Assembly (NCBI GenBank): GCA_035999465.1
Contig: DASYGS010000011.1
Coordinates: 14,521 to 78,520 of the forward strand
Direction: 5' to 3'
Origin: Blastococcus sp.
Lineage (GTDB): Bacteria; Actinomycetota; Actinomycetes; Mycobacteriales; Geodermatophilaceae
DNA length: 64,000 nucleotides
Shown here: positions 29,837-39,972 of the stretch, piece by piece
Layout of the letters: each line of letters starts with the position of its first letter
Numbering within the stretch: position 1 is the stretch's first letter
Notes under the pieces: generated by a model
What the model was told of the DNA's origin: nothing
What the model saw: the letters and a program-made list of their open reading frames with translations, nothing else
Databases searched by the model: none
Position numbers and translations under genes: made by a program

Positions 29837-29939
29837 ACGGAGGCCCGGTTCTCAGGAAACACGCAGGGAGTCCTCGGTCACGGCCCCTGTACCCGCATCG
29901 GGGCGATCTCAGACGTGCTCCGCCGGAAGTGTGTGGCGC

Positions 29940-30371
29940 TCAGACCTCGAGCAGCAGGGTCATCGGGCCTTCGTTGACCGACGACACGCTCATCCGGGCT
30001 CCGAACGCGCCGGTCGCGACGGCGCAGCCACGCCGGCGCAGCTCCCCGATCACCTCGTCGACCAGCGGTTCGGCGACGTCGCCGGGGGCGGCGTCCTGCC
30101 AGGAGGGACGGCGACCCTTCCGCGTGTCGGCGTAGAGCGTGAACTGGCTCACGACCAGCACCGGCAGGCCGAGATCGGCGGCCGACTGCTCGCCGTCGTC
30201 GCCGGGGAAGATGCGCAGCTGGTGGATCTTGCGGGCCAGCGCACGGGCCTGCGCGACGCCGTCGTCGTGACCGACCCCGACCAGGGCCAGCAGGCCCGCG
30301 CCGATCTCGCCGACCACCGCGCCCTCGACGGCTACAGCGGCTGTACTGACCCTGCTCACCACGGCGCGCAC
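29940..30371 (-). CDS. dtd: D-aminoacyl-tRNA deacylase
   Basis: RAVVSRV, LRIF, VSQFTL, KGRRPS, G.FGA.M...VNEGP. Confidence 0.93.
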   Translation of the reverse strand: MRAVVSRVSTAAVAVEGAVVGEIGAGLLALVGVGHDDGVAQARALARKIHQLRIFPGDDGEQSAADLGLPVLVVSQFTLYADTRKGRRPSWQDAAPGDVAEPLVDEVIGELRRRGCAVATGAFGARMSVSSVNEGPMTLLLEV

Positions 30372-30420
30372 CAGCGCATCCTCCCCGCCGCGGGGTCGGG
30401 CAGAGATGACCGGGTGCGGA

Positions 30421-31125
30421 CTACGGCGTGACCTGCGCCCACCCTGAGGCTCGCGCGCGCACCCGCTCGGGCAGCTCGGTTCCCGGCGGCAGCAGCGGGC
30501 AGGGCTCCGGCTCGCCGGCCACCGTCCGCAGCGGCAGGACGCCGGCCCACACCGGGTCGGGGCTGCCGGCGGCGGGCAGGTCCCGCTCGTCCTCGCCGGG
30601 CGGCCCGGTGCGGACCTTGACGCTGGCCTCCGCGAGGTCCAGGGCCAGCACGGCGGTGGCGGCCAGTTCCTTGCGGTCGGGGCGTCGGGTCGCCGTCCAC
30701 GAGCCCGGGGCGAGGTGCTCGGTGAGCGCCTCCAGGCCGAGAAGGCGCTCGGCGGGGTCGGTGAGCAGTCGCGCGCTGCCGTGCACGACGGCGCAGCGGT
30801 AGTTCATCGAGTGGTGGAATGCCGACCGGGCGTAGACGACGCCGTCGACCAGGGTCACGGTGAAGGAGACGGGTGCGCCGGCGGCGGCCGCCCGCAGCGT
30901 CGCCGCCCCGGTGGAGCCGTGCAGGTAGAGGGTGTCCCCGGAGCGGCCGTAGCCGGTCGGCAGCACCACGGGAGCGCCGTCCAGGACGACGCCGAGGTGG
31001 CCGATGAGCCCGGCGTCGAGCACGGCGTACAGCTCGGCGCGATCGGTGCGCGCGCGGGCCGGCGCGCGGCGGACGGTGCTGCGGGGGGTGGGGGAGAGCG
31101 GCGGCGCGGCGGTCATGTCCGCCAT
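30421..31125 (-). CDS. Pyridoxamine 5'-phosphate oxidase-like (Nim-type) flavin-binding protein
   Basis: [41 protein letters not shown]. Confidence 0.88.
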   Translation of the reverse strand: MADMTAAPPLSPTPRSTVRRAPARARTDRAELYAVLDAGLIGHLGVVLDGAPVVLPTGYGRSGDTLYLHGSTGAATLRAAAAGAPVSFTVTLVDGVVYARSAFHHSMNYRCAVVHGSARLLTDPAERLLGLEALTEHLAPGSWTATRRPDRKELAATAVLALDLAEASVKVRTGPPGEDERDLPAAGSPDPVWAGVLPLRTVAGEPEPCPLLPPGTELPERVRARASGWAQVTP

Positions 31126-31137
31126 CGTGGATCCGGC

Positions 31138-31183
31138 AGTGGCCTGCCGGAAGGGCCACTCCGGTAGCTTTTCGGCAGGCCAC
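31138..31183. promoter_or_regulatory. Putative MocR-family operator (GTGGCC/GGCCAC x3)
   Basis: AGTGGCC(31138)-GGCCACT(31154) inverted pair plus GGCCAC at 31178; 11-bp IR GTGGCCTGCCG/CGGCAGGCCAC. Confidence 0.6.
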
Positions 31184-31213
31184 CGGGCACGGCAGGCGTG
31201 GAGGGAGGACCCG

Positions 31214-32596
31214 ATGAGCGGAGTGCCTCCACTGGTGCTCGACCGCGACAGCGACGTCCCGCTGGCGGTGCAGCTGGCCGACGCCCTGCGCGCCGCGGCC
31301 GCGCAGGGCACCGTCCGCCCGGGCGAGCGGCTGCCTTCGACCCGTGAGCTCGCCGGCGCGCTGCGGGTCAGCCGCACGGTGACCGCTGCCGCCTTCGACC
31401 AGCTGCTGGCCGAGGGGTGGGCGCAGGCCCGCCGCGGCATCGGCACGTTCGTGGTGGGCGCGGCGGCGCCGGGCAGCGTCCCTCCGGTGGCGGCCTCGCC
31501 GGACGTTGCGGCCCGCGCACACCTGGTCGACCTGCGGGCCGGCTCGCCGTGCCTGGAGGTGCTCGACGCGGCAGCCTGGCGGCGTGCCTGGCGCACCGCC
31601 GGGGACCGGGACCCGGACGGCTATCCGGAGCCCGCGGGGGACCCGGGGTTCCGGGCCGCCGTGACCGAGCACCTGCTGCGCCACCGCGGCCTGCCCGCCG
31701 CCGCCGACGACGTGCTGGCCACCGCGGGCACCTCCGCGGCCGTGGCCGAGGTGGCCCGGCTGCTGCCGCCGGGGTCGCGGGTCGCGGTCGAGAGCCCGGG
31801 CTACGGCCGCGCCGCCGCCGCGCTGCGGGCGGCCGGCGCCGAACTGGTGCCGGTGCCGGTCGACGACGACGGCCTGGTCGTCGACGCGCTCCCTGCGGAC
31901 CTGGCCGCGGTGTACTGCACCCCGGCCCACCAGTACCCGCTGGGCCGCCGGCTGTCCGCCGCCCGCCGCGTGGCCCTGGTCGCGCGGGCCCGCGCCGAGG
32001 GCTGGTGGGTGCTGGAGGACGACTACGACGGCGAGCTCCGCTACGACGTCGCACCGCTCCCGCTGCTGGCCGCGCTCGATCCCGGCGTCGTCGTCCACCT
32101 GGGCACCGCGAGCAAGATCCTCACGCCCACGCTGGGTACCGGCTGGCTGGTCGCGCCGCCCGGGGTGCGGGCGCAGCTGCTCGCCCGGCGTACCGAGACC
32201 GGCACCCGTCCCGCCCGGGCCGGCCAGCGGGTGTTCGCCGCGCTGGCGGCCGGTGGCGACCTCGCCCGGCACCTGCGGCGGCTGCGCCGCGAGCTGGTCG
32301 CTCGGCGGCAGCTCGTGCTCGCGGCGGTGGCAGCCGGCGGCGGGCGCGCCGACGGCGACCCCGCCGGGGCGCACGTGCTGGTGCCGCTGCCCGATGCCGG
32401 CACCGAGACGGCCGTGCTCGCCGCGGCCGCCGCCCGGGGCGTCGCGCTCGACGGTCTCGGCCGCCACCGGACGCACGGGGCTGCCGGCGGGCCGACCGCC
32501 GGTCTCGTGCTCGGTTTCGCCGCGCCGGCACGAGCGGAGCTGGGCCCCGCCCTCGACGTCCTGACCGCAGTGCTCCGGGAACTACAGCCGCTGTAG
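31214..32596 (+). CDS. MocR/GntR family PLP-dependent transcriptional regulator
   Basis: GERLPSTRELA..L.VSR wHTH, TPAHQYPLG, LEDDYDGELRY, GTASK; RBS GGAGG. Confidence 0.92.
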   Translation: MSGVPPLVLDRDSDVPLAVQLADALRAAAAQGTVRPGERLPSTRELAGALRVSRTVTAAAFDQLLAEGWAQARRGIGTFVVGAAAPGSVPPVAASPDVAARAHLVDLRAGSPCLEVLDAAAWRRAWRTAGDRDPDGYPEPAGDPGFRAAVTEHLLRHRGLPAAADDVLATAGTSAAVAEVARLLPPGSRVAVESPGYGRAAAALRAAGAELVPVPVDDDGLVVDALPADLAAVYCTPAHQYPLGRRLSAARRVALVARARAEGWWVLEDDYDGELRYDVAPLPLLAALDPGVVVHLGTASKILTPTLGTGWLVAPPGVRAQLLARRTETGTRPARAGQRVFAALAAGGDLARHLRRLRRELVARRQLVLAAVAAGGGRADGDPAGAHVLVPLPDAGTETAVLAAAAARGVALDGLGRHRTHGAAGGPTAGLVLGFAAPARAELGPALDVLTAVLRELQPL

Positions 32597-32610
32597 CGAA
32601 CGAGGCCGGG

Positions 32611-32991
32611 TCACCCCGCGTCGAAGTACGTGACCTCGTCGGGCCGGGCGGTGAACGGGTTGGCCCACTCCGAGGGCGTGCCGGTGATCGGCTGGGCGTC
32701 GGTGACGACGACGAACGGGGTGCCCGGATAGACGGCGAGCACCCGCGAGGACGACGTCAGGTGCTCGGTGCGCTCGATCAGCTCGCCGCGGCGGAGCTGC
32801 TGCGTCGTCCGCCGTCCGCTCAGTTCCTCCCCGACCTCGGCCACCCACCGGGCGCCGTCGTGGGGAAAGGCGATGGCGTGTACGCGCCGGATGGCCGCGG
32901 CCGGCTCGCAACCGGCGAACTCGGCCAGGGCGTCGTAGAGCCGCTCGGCCTGCTCGGCGTCGCTCGCCCGGGGGAGGAAGAAGGCAGCCAT
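32611..32991 (-). CDS. Hypothetical protein
   Basis: 126 aa ORF with typical codon bias filling the gap after the amidohydrolase. Confidence 0.65.
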   Translation of the reverse strand: MAAFFLPRASDAEQAERLYDALAEFAGCEPAAAIRRVHAIAFPHDGARWVAEVGEELSGRRTTQQLRRGELIERTEHLTSSSRVLAVYPGTPFVVVTDAQPITGTPSEWANPFTARPDEVTYFDAG

Positions 32992-33025
32992 GCCCGGATT
33001 GTCGCCGTCGGCACCGACAGAACCG

Positions 33026-34294
33026 TCAGAGCCAGGCGAGCGCGGCGGCGACCAGGGCCTCGGTGCCGGTGTCGAGCGTGGGCTGGAGGACCGGCGCGAA
33101 CCTCGCGGAGTGGTTGACCGGGATCTCCTGGTCGACCCGGCCGGCCTGCTCGGCGGCCCGGTAGGTGTCCGGGTCGATGCCGCCGATGCCCCAGTAGGTG
33201 TAGGGGACGCCCAGGGCGGTGGGGATGTCGCTGAAGTCCTCGCTGGCGGACTGCCGTGGCAGGGGCTGGGCGCGGTCGCCGAAGTGGGCGGCGAAGGCCT
33301 CGGCCACCCGGCTCGTGACGGCCTCGTCGTTGTCGGTGAGGGGGAAGCGGTCGTAGAGCGCGAAGTCCGGCGGCTGCGGGCAGCGGGAGGCCTCGCACTC
33401 GGCCGTGACGATCCGGCGGACGGCGTCGAGCACGGCCGTGCGGGTGGCGTCGCTGTAGGTCCGCATGTTCAGCAGCAGCGTCGCCGACTCGGGGATCACG
33501 TTGCTCTTGGTGCCGGCCTGGATGCTGCCGACGGTGAGCACCGCCGGCTCGCCGGGGGCGAGCTCGCGGGCGACGACGGTCTGCAGCCGCAGCACGATGG
33601 CGGCGGCCAGCACCACGGGGTCGACGCCGGCCTGCGGCATCGAGCCGTGCGCCCCGCGCCCGTGCAGGGTGATCCGCATGCTGTCGGCCGCCGAGAGGGT
33701 CGGCCCGGGCCGGGTGCGGACCTGACCGGACGGAAAGGCGAGCACGTGCTGCCCCATGGCGGCGTCGGGGGTGGGTACGAGGCCGGCCAGCCCGTCGGCG
33801 AGCATGCCGCGGGCACCGTCGCCGGTCTCCTCGGCCGGCTGGAACAGGACGACCAGGGTGCCGCGCCAGCCGTCGCGGGCGTCGGCGAGGAGCTGGGCGG
33901 CACCTGCCAGGCAGGTGACGTGCACGTCGTGCCCGCAGGCGTGCATGACCGGCACGTCGGTGCCGTCCGGGTCGGTGGCCCTGGCCGTGCTCGCGTAGGG
34001 CAGGCCGGTCGCCTCGCGCACGGGCAACGCGTCCATGTCGGCGCGGAACAGCACCGTCGGGCCCGCGCCGTTGGCGAGGACGCCGACGACCCCGGTGCCA
34101 CCGATCCCCTCGTGCACCTCGTACCCGGCGCCGCGGAGCCGCTCGGCCACCCGCTGCGCGGTGCGCTGCTCCTGGTGGGACAGCTCGGGGTGCCGGTGCA
34201 GGTCGCGGTAGAACTCCTCCTGCCAGCCGCGGACGCCGGGCAGGCCCTCGAGCACGGCGGCGATGCGGGCGGCGGCGTCGGGCGAGGCGGTCAT
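33026..34294 (-). CDS. M20D family amidohydrolase
   Basis: LHRHPELS, RADMDALP, MHACGHD, FQPAEE, GAHGS, SEDF. Confidence 0.93.
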   Translation of the reverse strand: MTASPDAAARIAAVLEGLPGVRGWQEEFYRDLHRHPELSHQEQRTAQRVAERLRGAGYEVHEGIGGTGVVGVLANGAGPTVLFRADMDALPVREATGLPYASTARATDPDGTDVPVMHACGHDVHVTCLAGAAQLLADARDGWRGTLVVLFQPAEETGDGARGMLADGLAGLVPTPDAAMGQHVLAFPSGQVRTRPGPTLSAADSMRITLHGRGAHGSMPQAGVDPVVLAAAIVLRLQTVVARELAPGEPAVLTVGSIQAGTKSNVIPESATLLLNMRTYSDATRTAVLDAVRRIVTAECEASRCPQPPDFALYDRFPLTDNDEAVTSRVAEAFAAHFGDRAQPLPRQSASEDFSDIPTALGVPYTYWGIGGIDPDTYRAAEQAGRVDQEIPVNHSARFAPVLQPTLDTGTEALVAAALAWL

Positions 34295-35034
34295 GTGGAC
34301 TCCCGGGAACCGGATGAGGGATCGTCACCGGCGACGGAGGGATCGCGCCGGTCGGGGTGCGCGCTCCGGCGGACCCGCCGGTACCGGAGGCGGGGCGGGG
34401 GCTGCCACAGGTAGGCCTCGGGCAGGTGCCATCCGCGCCACCGCGCCAGCAGGGTCAGCAGGGCGCCGATCAGGGTGGACGCCACCAGCCCGACCGAGGG
34501 CCGGCCCAGGTCGTAGCCGACGATCATCACCCCGCTGGCCAGCAGGGCGGACGTCGCGTAGAGGGTGTTGCCCCCGAAGATCGCCGGGATCCGCCGCAGG
34601 ACGACGTCCCGCAGGGTGCCGCCGCCGACCGCGGTGATCGTGCCCAGCAGCATCGCCGGCAGCCAGCCCAGCCCGAACCCGAGCGTCTTCGACGCCCCGG
34701 CGGCGGCCCAGCAGCCCAGCGCGAGGGCGTCGACGAACGGGAACACCCGGTCCCACGCGGTCCCCTCGATGCGAACCACGAACGCGATCGCCGCCCCGGC
34801 CAGCGCGGTGAGGATGTAGGCGTAGTCGGTCAGGGCCACCGGCGTGCCGCGCTGCAGCAGGGTGTCGCGGATCATCCCGCCACCCAGGCCCGACATGATC
34901 GCCAGCGCGCCGAAACCGACCGGGTCGAACCGCTGCCGGCGGGCCAGCACACCGCCGAGGACGGCGTTGGCCAGCACGCCGGTCAGGTCGACGCCGCGGA
35001 ACACCTCGGTGACAGCGGCGTCGGAGATCGCCAC
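34291..35034 (-). CDS. Trimeric intracellular cation channel / UPF0126 (YadS-like) membrane protein
   Basis: Duplicated GLGGGMIRD and AVGGGTLRD motifs, FDPVG, DALALG. Confidence 0.85.
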   Translation of the reverse strand: MAISDAAVTEVFRGVDLTGVLANAVLGGVLARRQRFDPVGFGALAIMSGLGGGMIRDTLLQRGTPVALTDYAYILTALAGAAIAFVVRIEGTAWDRVFPFVDALALGCWAAAGASKTLGFGLGWLPAMLLGTITAVGGGTLRDVVLRRIPAIFGGNTLYATSALLASGVMIVGYDLGRPSVGLVASTLIGALLTLLARWRGWHLPEAYLWQPPPRLRYRRVRRSAHPDRRDPSVAGDDPSSGSREST

Positions 35035-35079
35035 GGCGTCTGCACCCCCGGCTCGAACGGAATCCGGCCGGCCGGCGTC

Positions 35080-35112
35080 CCCGGCCCGGGATGCCGAGCA
35101 TTCCGGGCCGGG
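35080..35112. terminator. GC hairpin downstream of the cupin remnant
   Basis: CCCGGCCCGGGATGC-CGA-GCATTCCGGGCCGGG. Confidence 0.5.
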
Positions 35113-35147
35113 ACCCCGACGTCCAGCCGGGGTCGTGCCGCGGAGGG

Positions 35148-35402
35148 CTACCGCGTGTCGGCCGCCCGGTAGTCGGCGTCGGGGAGCGGCTCGAGCCAGG
35201 TGGTGGGGTCCTGCCCGCCGGGCAGGGCCTCCAGCAGCGCCAGGTGGCTCATGAAGGTGTCGGCGGCGGCGCCGTGCCAGTGCTCCTCGTCGGGCGGGCA
35301 GACGACGGTGTCGCCGGCCCGGACCCGGACGACGGAGCCGTCGCGGATGCCGACCAGTCCGACGCCCTCGGTGACGTGCAGGGTCTGCCCGACGGCGTGG
35401 CG
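35148..35402 (-). pseudogene. Cupin protein, C-terminal half only
   Basis: Manual translation RHAVGQTLHVTEGVGLVG...GDTVVCPPDEEHWHGAAADTFMSHLALLE...TTWLEPL; no 5' end. Confidence 0.8.
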
Positions 35403-35404
35403 GT

Positions 35405-35674
35405 CTGGCCACGCGCAGCGACGCCTTCCGCACCCGGTGGGCCGCGCACGACGTCCGCCTCCACCACACCGGGGTCAAGCGCTTCCGCCATCCCGTCGTC
35501 GGTGACGTCACCGTCGGGTTCAACGCGACGGAGCTGCCGACCGACCCCGGGCTGACCCTGACGATGTACACCGCCGAGCCGGGTTCCCCGTCGGCGGAGA
35601 AGCTCGCGCTCCTCGCCAGCTGGGCGGCTCCGGTGGTGCCCGCACACCCCGACGCCGCGGCCGACACGGCCTGA
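35405..35674 (+). pseudogene. MmyB-like XRE regulator ligand-binding domain, C-terminal fragment
   Basis: Manual translation LATRSDAFRTRWAAHDVRLHHTGVKRFRHPVVGD...YTAEPGSPSAEKLALLASW; no HTH or start codon. Confidence 0.82.
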
Positions 35675-35687
35675 TTGAGCGCTCCGA

Positions 35688-36620
35688 TCAGGGGACGCCG
35701 GGGGCCGGAGTCCGGGCCGAGGACGGCGGCTGCTCGGCGTCGGGCGGCCGTTCGTCCGGCCGGGGCGCCGGCGCGCGGGCCAGCAGGAGGACGCCGACCA
35801 GGACGAGTGCCAGGCCGACGACGACGAGCGCGAGACGACCACCGCCGCGGTGCAGCCTCTCGCCGAACACCGTGACACCCAGTGTGACGCTGACGAGCAG
35901 CGTCACCGCGTTGGTCGCCGCCATCGCCGGGGCCAGGACGCCGGTGCGCAGCGCCGACTGCCCGAGGGCCAGGCCGACGACGCCCGCGACGAGAAGAGCC
36001 CACAGCTCCCAGCCGGTCAGGATCGCGACGAACCCCTGGCCGACCAGGTCCGTGAACTGTTTGGTCAGCGCCGACGCCATGCCGAAGCCGAGGCCGGCGC
36101 CCATGCCGAAGATCACCGCCCGCAGCGCGGGGCGGCGTCCGCGCCCGGTCCGGACGACGATGGCCGCCAGGGCCACGCTGACCAGTCCCGCCGCCCACCA
36201 GTCCGCGGCGCTCGGCGCGCTGGTGCCCGGCTGCGGTGAGCCGGCGACCACGAACAGCACGATCCCGGCGACGAGCAGGCACGCGCCCACCCACACGGGG
36301 CCGGTGATCCGCTGATCGGTCAGCAGCACGCCGAACGGCAGGGCGATCACGAGGCTGAGCGTCGTCAGCGCCTGGACGCCGGCGAGGGTTCCCCAGTGCA
36401 GGGCCAGTGCGTTGAGGACGGCCCCCACGGCGGTAACGGCGCCGCCGAGCAGCCACACCGGCCGCGCGAACAGCTGCGTCAGGAACCGCAGGCCGCCGGC
36501 TCCGCCCGCGGCGTCGGCTCCCTCCGGTGTCGTGCCCGTCCCGCCCAGCGTCCCCTTCTGCTGCAGGACGGTTCCGAGTGCGAAGGCGGTCGCCGCCAGG
36601 AGCGCCAGGAGCACCACCAC
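35688..36620 (-). CDS. DMT family transporter
   Basis: About 9 TM helices, AFALGTVLQQ, RPVWLLG, LAGVQAL; start approximate. Confidence 0.82.
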   Translation of the reverse strand: MVVLLALLAATAFALGTVLQQKGTLGGTGTTPEGADAAGGAGGLRFLTQLFARPVWLLGGAVTAVGAVLNALALHWGTLAGVQALTTLSLVIALPFGVLLTDQRITGPVWVGACLLVAGIVLFVVAGSPQPGTSAPSAADWWAAGLVSVALAAIVVRTGRGRRPALRAVIFGMGAGLGFGMASALTKQFTDLVGQGFVAILTGWELWALLVAGVVGLALGQSALRTGVLAPAMAATNAVTLLVSVTLGVTVFGERLHRGGGRLALVVVGLALVLVGVLLLARAPAPRPDERPPDAEQPPSSARTPAPGVP

Positions 36621-36759
36621 GAGCGCAGTCCACGCCGGTCCGGGTGCGGCGTCCTCATCCCGCAAGGATGGTGCCGCCGGTCGGCATCCCCGGTTGGTTG
36701 AGTGCGTGCCCGGCAGAACGCCGTTGCGGAGGCGCCCCCCTGCTGCGCGGGCGTGACCC

Positions 36760-37629
36760 GTGCCTGTCCTGCTGGCCGTGCTGTCGGCGCTGGCGAGTGC
36801 GATCGGGCTGGTCGTCCAGCGCGACTCGAGCAGGGATGCTCCGGCCGGGGTCCACGGCCGGCGCCTGGCCGGCTATCTCGTCCGCAATCCGCCGTGGCTG
36901 CTCGGGCAGGCCGCCTGGGTCGTCGCGCTCGGCCTGCAGGCACTGGCACTGCACGTCGGGCGGCTGTCGGTGGTGCAGCCGGTGCTGGTCAGCGAGCTCG
37001 TCTTCGTGTTGATCATCCGCGCGTTCGTCATGCACTGGCGGGTGCGGACGGCCGCGTGGGGCTCGGCTGCGCTGCTCTGCGGCTCGCTGGCGGTGTTCCT
37101 CGTCGCCGCCGAGCCGCGGGGCGGGCATCCCATGCCGACCGTGTCGGCGTGGCTCTGGGCGATGATCGGGACCGGCGGGTTCGCCGCCGGGACGGCCTGG
37201 CTGGGACGGCGGGGGAGCCCGGTCCGGCGGGCCGCCTTCTGCGCGACCGCGGCCGGCACGCTGGGCGCGCTGGAGGCGAGTTTCCTGAAGACGGCGACCA
37301 GCACGTTGAGCCGGGACGGCGTGCTCGCCGTGTTCACCGACTGGCCGGTGTACGCCCTGGTGGCGGCGGGCGCGTGCAGTGGCGTGCTGGTGCAGACGGC
37401 GCTGCGTGTGGGTCCCCTGACGGTGTCGCAGCCGCTGCTCGCCGTCGTGAACCCGCTGGTCAGCGTGCTGCTGAGCGTGTGGCTGTTCGGTGAGCACTTC
37501 ACCGACGACCGCGCCACGGTGGCGATGGGCGCGTGCGCCTTCCTGGGCGTGGCCGTGGGGGTGGTCCTGCTGACCGTCACTGGACCCCGTCGAGAACGCG
37601 CAGCCGTCGCGGTCGCGCCGCCCGGATAG
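36760..37629 (+). CDS. DMT family transporter
   Basis: GLVVQR, PPWLLG, LSVVQPVLVSELVF, GPLTVSQP, WLFGE. Confidence 0.85.
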   Translation: MPVLLAVLSALASAIGLVVQRDSSRDAPAGVHGRRLAGYLVRNPPWLLGQAAWVVALGLQALALHVGRLSVVQPVLVSELVFVLIIRAFVMHWRVRTAAWGSAALLCGSLAVFLVAAEPRGGHPMPTVSAWLWAMIGTGGFAAGTAWLGRRGSPVRRAAFCATAAGTLGALEASFLKTATSTLSRDGVLAVFTDWPVYALVAAGACSGVLVQTALRVGPLTVSQPLLAVVNPLVSVLLSVWLFGEHFTDDRATVAMGACAFLGVAVGVVLLTVTGPRRERAAVAVAPPG

Positions 37630-37635
37630 CGCCGG

Positions 37636-38616
37636 CTACCGGCGGCCCGCCGCGGCTGCCGTCCGGATGAGCTCGGCGACCTCGGGCCTGGCGGTGTGCG
37701 CGCCGGCGGCCAGGAACGACTGCTGGATCACCTCGTCCAGACGGTGCCGCGACATCATGTCGTCGCCCATGACCGCCTGCTCGGCCGGCCCGGGACTGAA
37801 GACCACCGTCGGGACGCCGGCCGCTTCGAGCGCTCGCACCTCGCGTCGCAGTAGCCGGGCGGCGTGCCGGCGCGCGGCCGAGTAGACGCTGAGCCGTGAC
37901 CCGGGTGGCCCGCTCATCGGTGAGACGATCAGGGCCAGGTCCAGCCCGCAGCCGCGCAGCAGAGCGGCGTTGGTGGGGGAGTGCACGCCGCCGTCGACGT
38001 AGGTGTGCCGCCCGATCCGGACCGGCGCGAAGTACCCGGGCACCGCGCAGGACGCCGCGACCGCGAGATGGATCGGCGCCGGTGCCGTGCCGGGGCGGCC
38101 GAAGACGACCCGGTGACCGTCGTGCCGGTCGACGGCGCAGAGCCACAGCGCTGGCTCCGGCCACCGCGGCCGCTCCAGGCCACGCAGGGCGGCGAGCTGC
38201 TCGACGATGTCGTGCCGTCCGGGCGCCACCAGGGCCAGCGCCGCCGCCAGTGGCCGGAACCGCCAGGGCTGGGTGAGGGCCCGGTGCACCATCCGCGGCG
38301 CGGGCAGCCGCATCGGGCGGAGCAGTAGTTCCAGCGGACGGAACGGGTCCAGCTCGGGCACCGAGGTGGCGGCGATCTGGTGCAGGAGGCTGCCCTCGCC
38401 GGACAGTGGAGCCTTCACCGTCCACGCGGCGAGGTCCTCCGCCTTGACGCCGAGTCGCAGCAGGGTGCCCGTGATGGAACCCGCCGAGGTGCCGACGATC
38501 ATGTCCACCGTGCGGGGGTCGAATCCGAAGTCGTGCTCCAGCACCGCGAGGACGCCGGCGTGGTAGGCCTGCCCGACCACGCCGCCGGCGCCCAGGACCA
38601 GGCCGACGCGTGTCAC
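37636..38616 (-). CDS. Patatin-like phospholipase
   Basis: LGAGG, GTSAG, ASCAVPG, YVDGG. Confidence 0.9.
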   Translation of the reverse strand: MTRVGLVLGAGGVVGQAYHAGVLAVLEHDFGFDPRTVDMIVGTSAGSITGTLLRLGVKAEDLAAWTVKAPLSGEGSLLHQIAATSVPELDPFRPLELLLRPMRLPAPRMVHRALTQPWRFRPLAAALALVAPGRHDIVEQLAALRGLERPRWPEPALWLCAVDRHDGHRVVFGRPGTAPAPIHLAVAASCAVPGYFAPVRIGRHTYVDGGVHSPTNAALLRGCGLDLALIVSPMSGPPGSRLSVYSAARRHAARLLRREVRALEAAGVPTVVFSPGPAEQAVMGDDMMSRHRLDEVIQQSFLAAGAHTARPEVAELIRTAAAAGRR

Positions 38617-38733
38617 TCGTGCATTGTCCGCCCGCCCGCCCGGACCTGGCAGGTGGGCCCGCGGCCCGGGAGCGTCTGAGGACCCGCCTGGTGCGGGCCG
38701 TCCCCGGCCGGCCGCGGAGTCACCCTGGCGGCT

Positions 38734-39021
38734 TCATCCTGCGTGCTCCGCGCCGGCCTTGCTCACGGTGTGGTCCACGCACGCGGCGATCTGGCCGGGA
38801 TCGAACGTGTGGCCGGGCAGCGCCTGCAGTCGAATGGCGAGCAGGTCCTCGGCCGGTTCGACGTCCATCGTCGCGACCTTGTCGTACTCGGTCGTCGGGC
38901 ACGAGCACCGCCCGGCCCGGCACTCCTCGAACGCCTCCAGGAGCTGGGGGCGCCGGTCACCGACGCCGGTGAGCTCGATGGTGACGCCGGTTGCGGTCGG
39001 GGTGATCTGGTAGCTGGTCAT
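38734..39021 (-). CDS. Small Cys-motif hypothetical protein
   Basis: 95 aa, RBS AGGAGG; FEECRAGRCSCPTTEY...IAACVDHT. Confidence 0.7.
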   Translation of the reverse strand: MTSYQITPTATGVTIELTGVGDRRPQLLEAFEECRAGRCSCPTTEYDKVATMDVEPAEDLLAIRLQALPGHTFDPGQIAACVDHTVSKAGAEHAG

Positions 39022-39142
39022 GGTGGTCCTCCTGCCGTCGCCGCCGCGTGTCGCTGGTGGGCATTCTCCTGCCGTCGACCGGTGACCGGCGGCGTGGCGC
39101 CCTCCCGTCGCGGCGCCCTCCGTCACGCCGCTCGGGGCGAGG

Positions 39143-39960
39143 TCACGGGCGGCGCCGCTCGGTCGTCTCGGTCACTGACGGGCGGCTGCGGTCGCGTCCG
39201 AGCGCGGTGGCGATCTCCGTGACGGTGTCGCGAGCCGTGCGCCCGACGCCGACGACCGTTGCGGACGGGTCGCCGGTCCAGTCGCCGTAGCCGACGAGCC
39301 ACAGCCGGGGCTCGGCGGTGGCCCGGGTTCCGTCGACGGGGATGCGGCCGTGCGGGTCGCGGAGACCGAGGGGCGGAGATGGTCCAGGGCAGGGCGGAAG
39401 CCGGTGCACCAGATGACGGCGTCGAGGCGGTGTCCACGCCCGTCAGGTCCGACGGCTCCGGTGCGGGTGAGCCGGGTGAACATCGGCTGGGGCGCCAGGT
39501 GACCCTGTGCGCGGGCCGCGGACGGCCTCGGTGACCACGATGTCGCCGAGGCCCCCGATTCCGCCGGGGTCGGGGGCTCCGGCCTGCCGGGCGCGCCAGC
39601 GGGCGGTGGCCAGGTCGAACAGTGCTCGGCCGTCGACGTCGTCGGGCAGGAATCGGGGCGGGTCGCGGACGAACCAGACGGTGTCGGCGCCCGGATGGAG
39701 ATCGGCGACGATCTGGGCGGCGCTGTTCGCGCCACCGACCACGCCCACGCGCAGCCCCTCGAACGGCGTGGGGGTGCGGTAGTCGGCGGCGTGCAACTGC
39801 CGGCCCGCGAAGTCGCGCCGGCCGGGGTAGTGCGGCCAGAAGGGCCGGCTCCAGGTGCCGGTGGCCGAGACGACGGCGCGGGCCGACCAGGTTCCTGTCC
39901 CGGTGCTGAGCAGCAGCCGGGACGTGTCCCGATGGACGGCGGTGACAGGCCTGACGATCT
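39143..39960 (-). pseudogene. ArsO-like flavin-containing monooxygenase, 5'-truncated and frameshifted
   Basis: ATGTWSRPFWPHYPG, QLHAADY, VVGGANSAAQI, PRFLPDDVDGR, DAVIWCTGFRPAL, LVGYGDWTG spread over three frames. Confidence 0.82.
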
Positions 39961-39972
39961 TCGGCGCGGCCC

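Noticed and set aside
34291-36633. 780-aa ORF ending in the UPF0126 domain
   Set aside because: Only the last ~247 aa are family-like; the rest overlaps the DMT gene and pseudogenes out of frame
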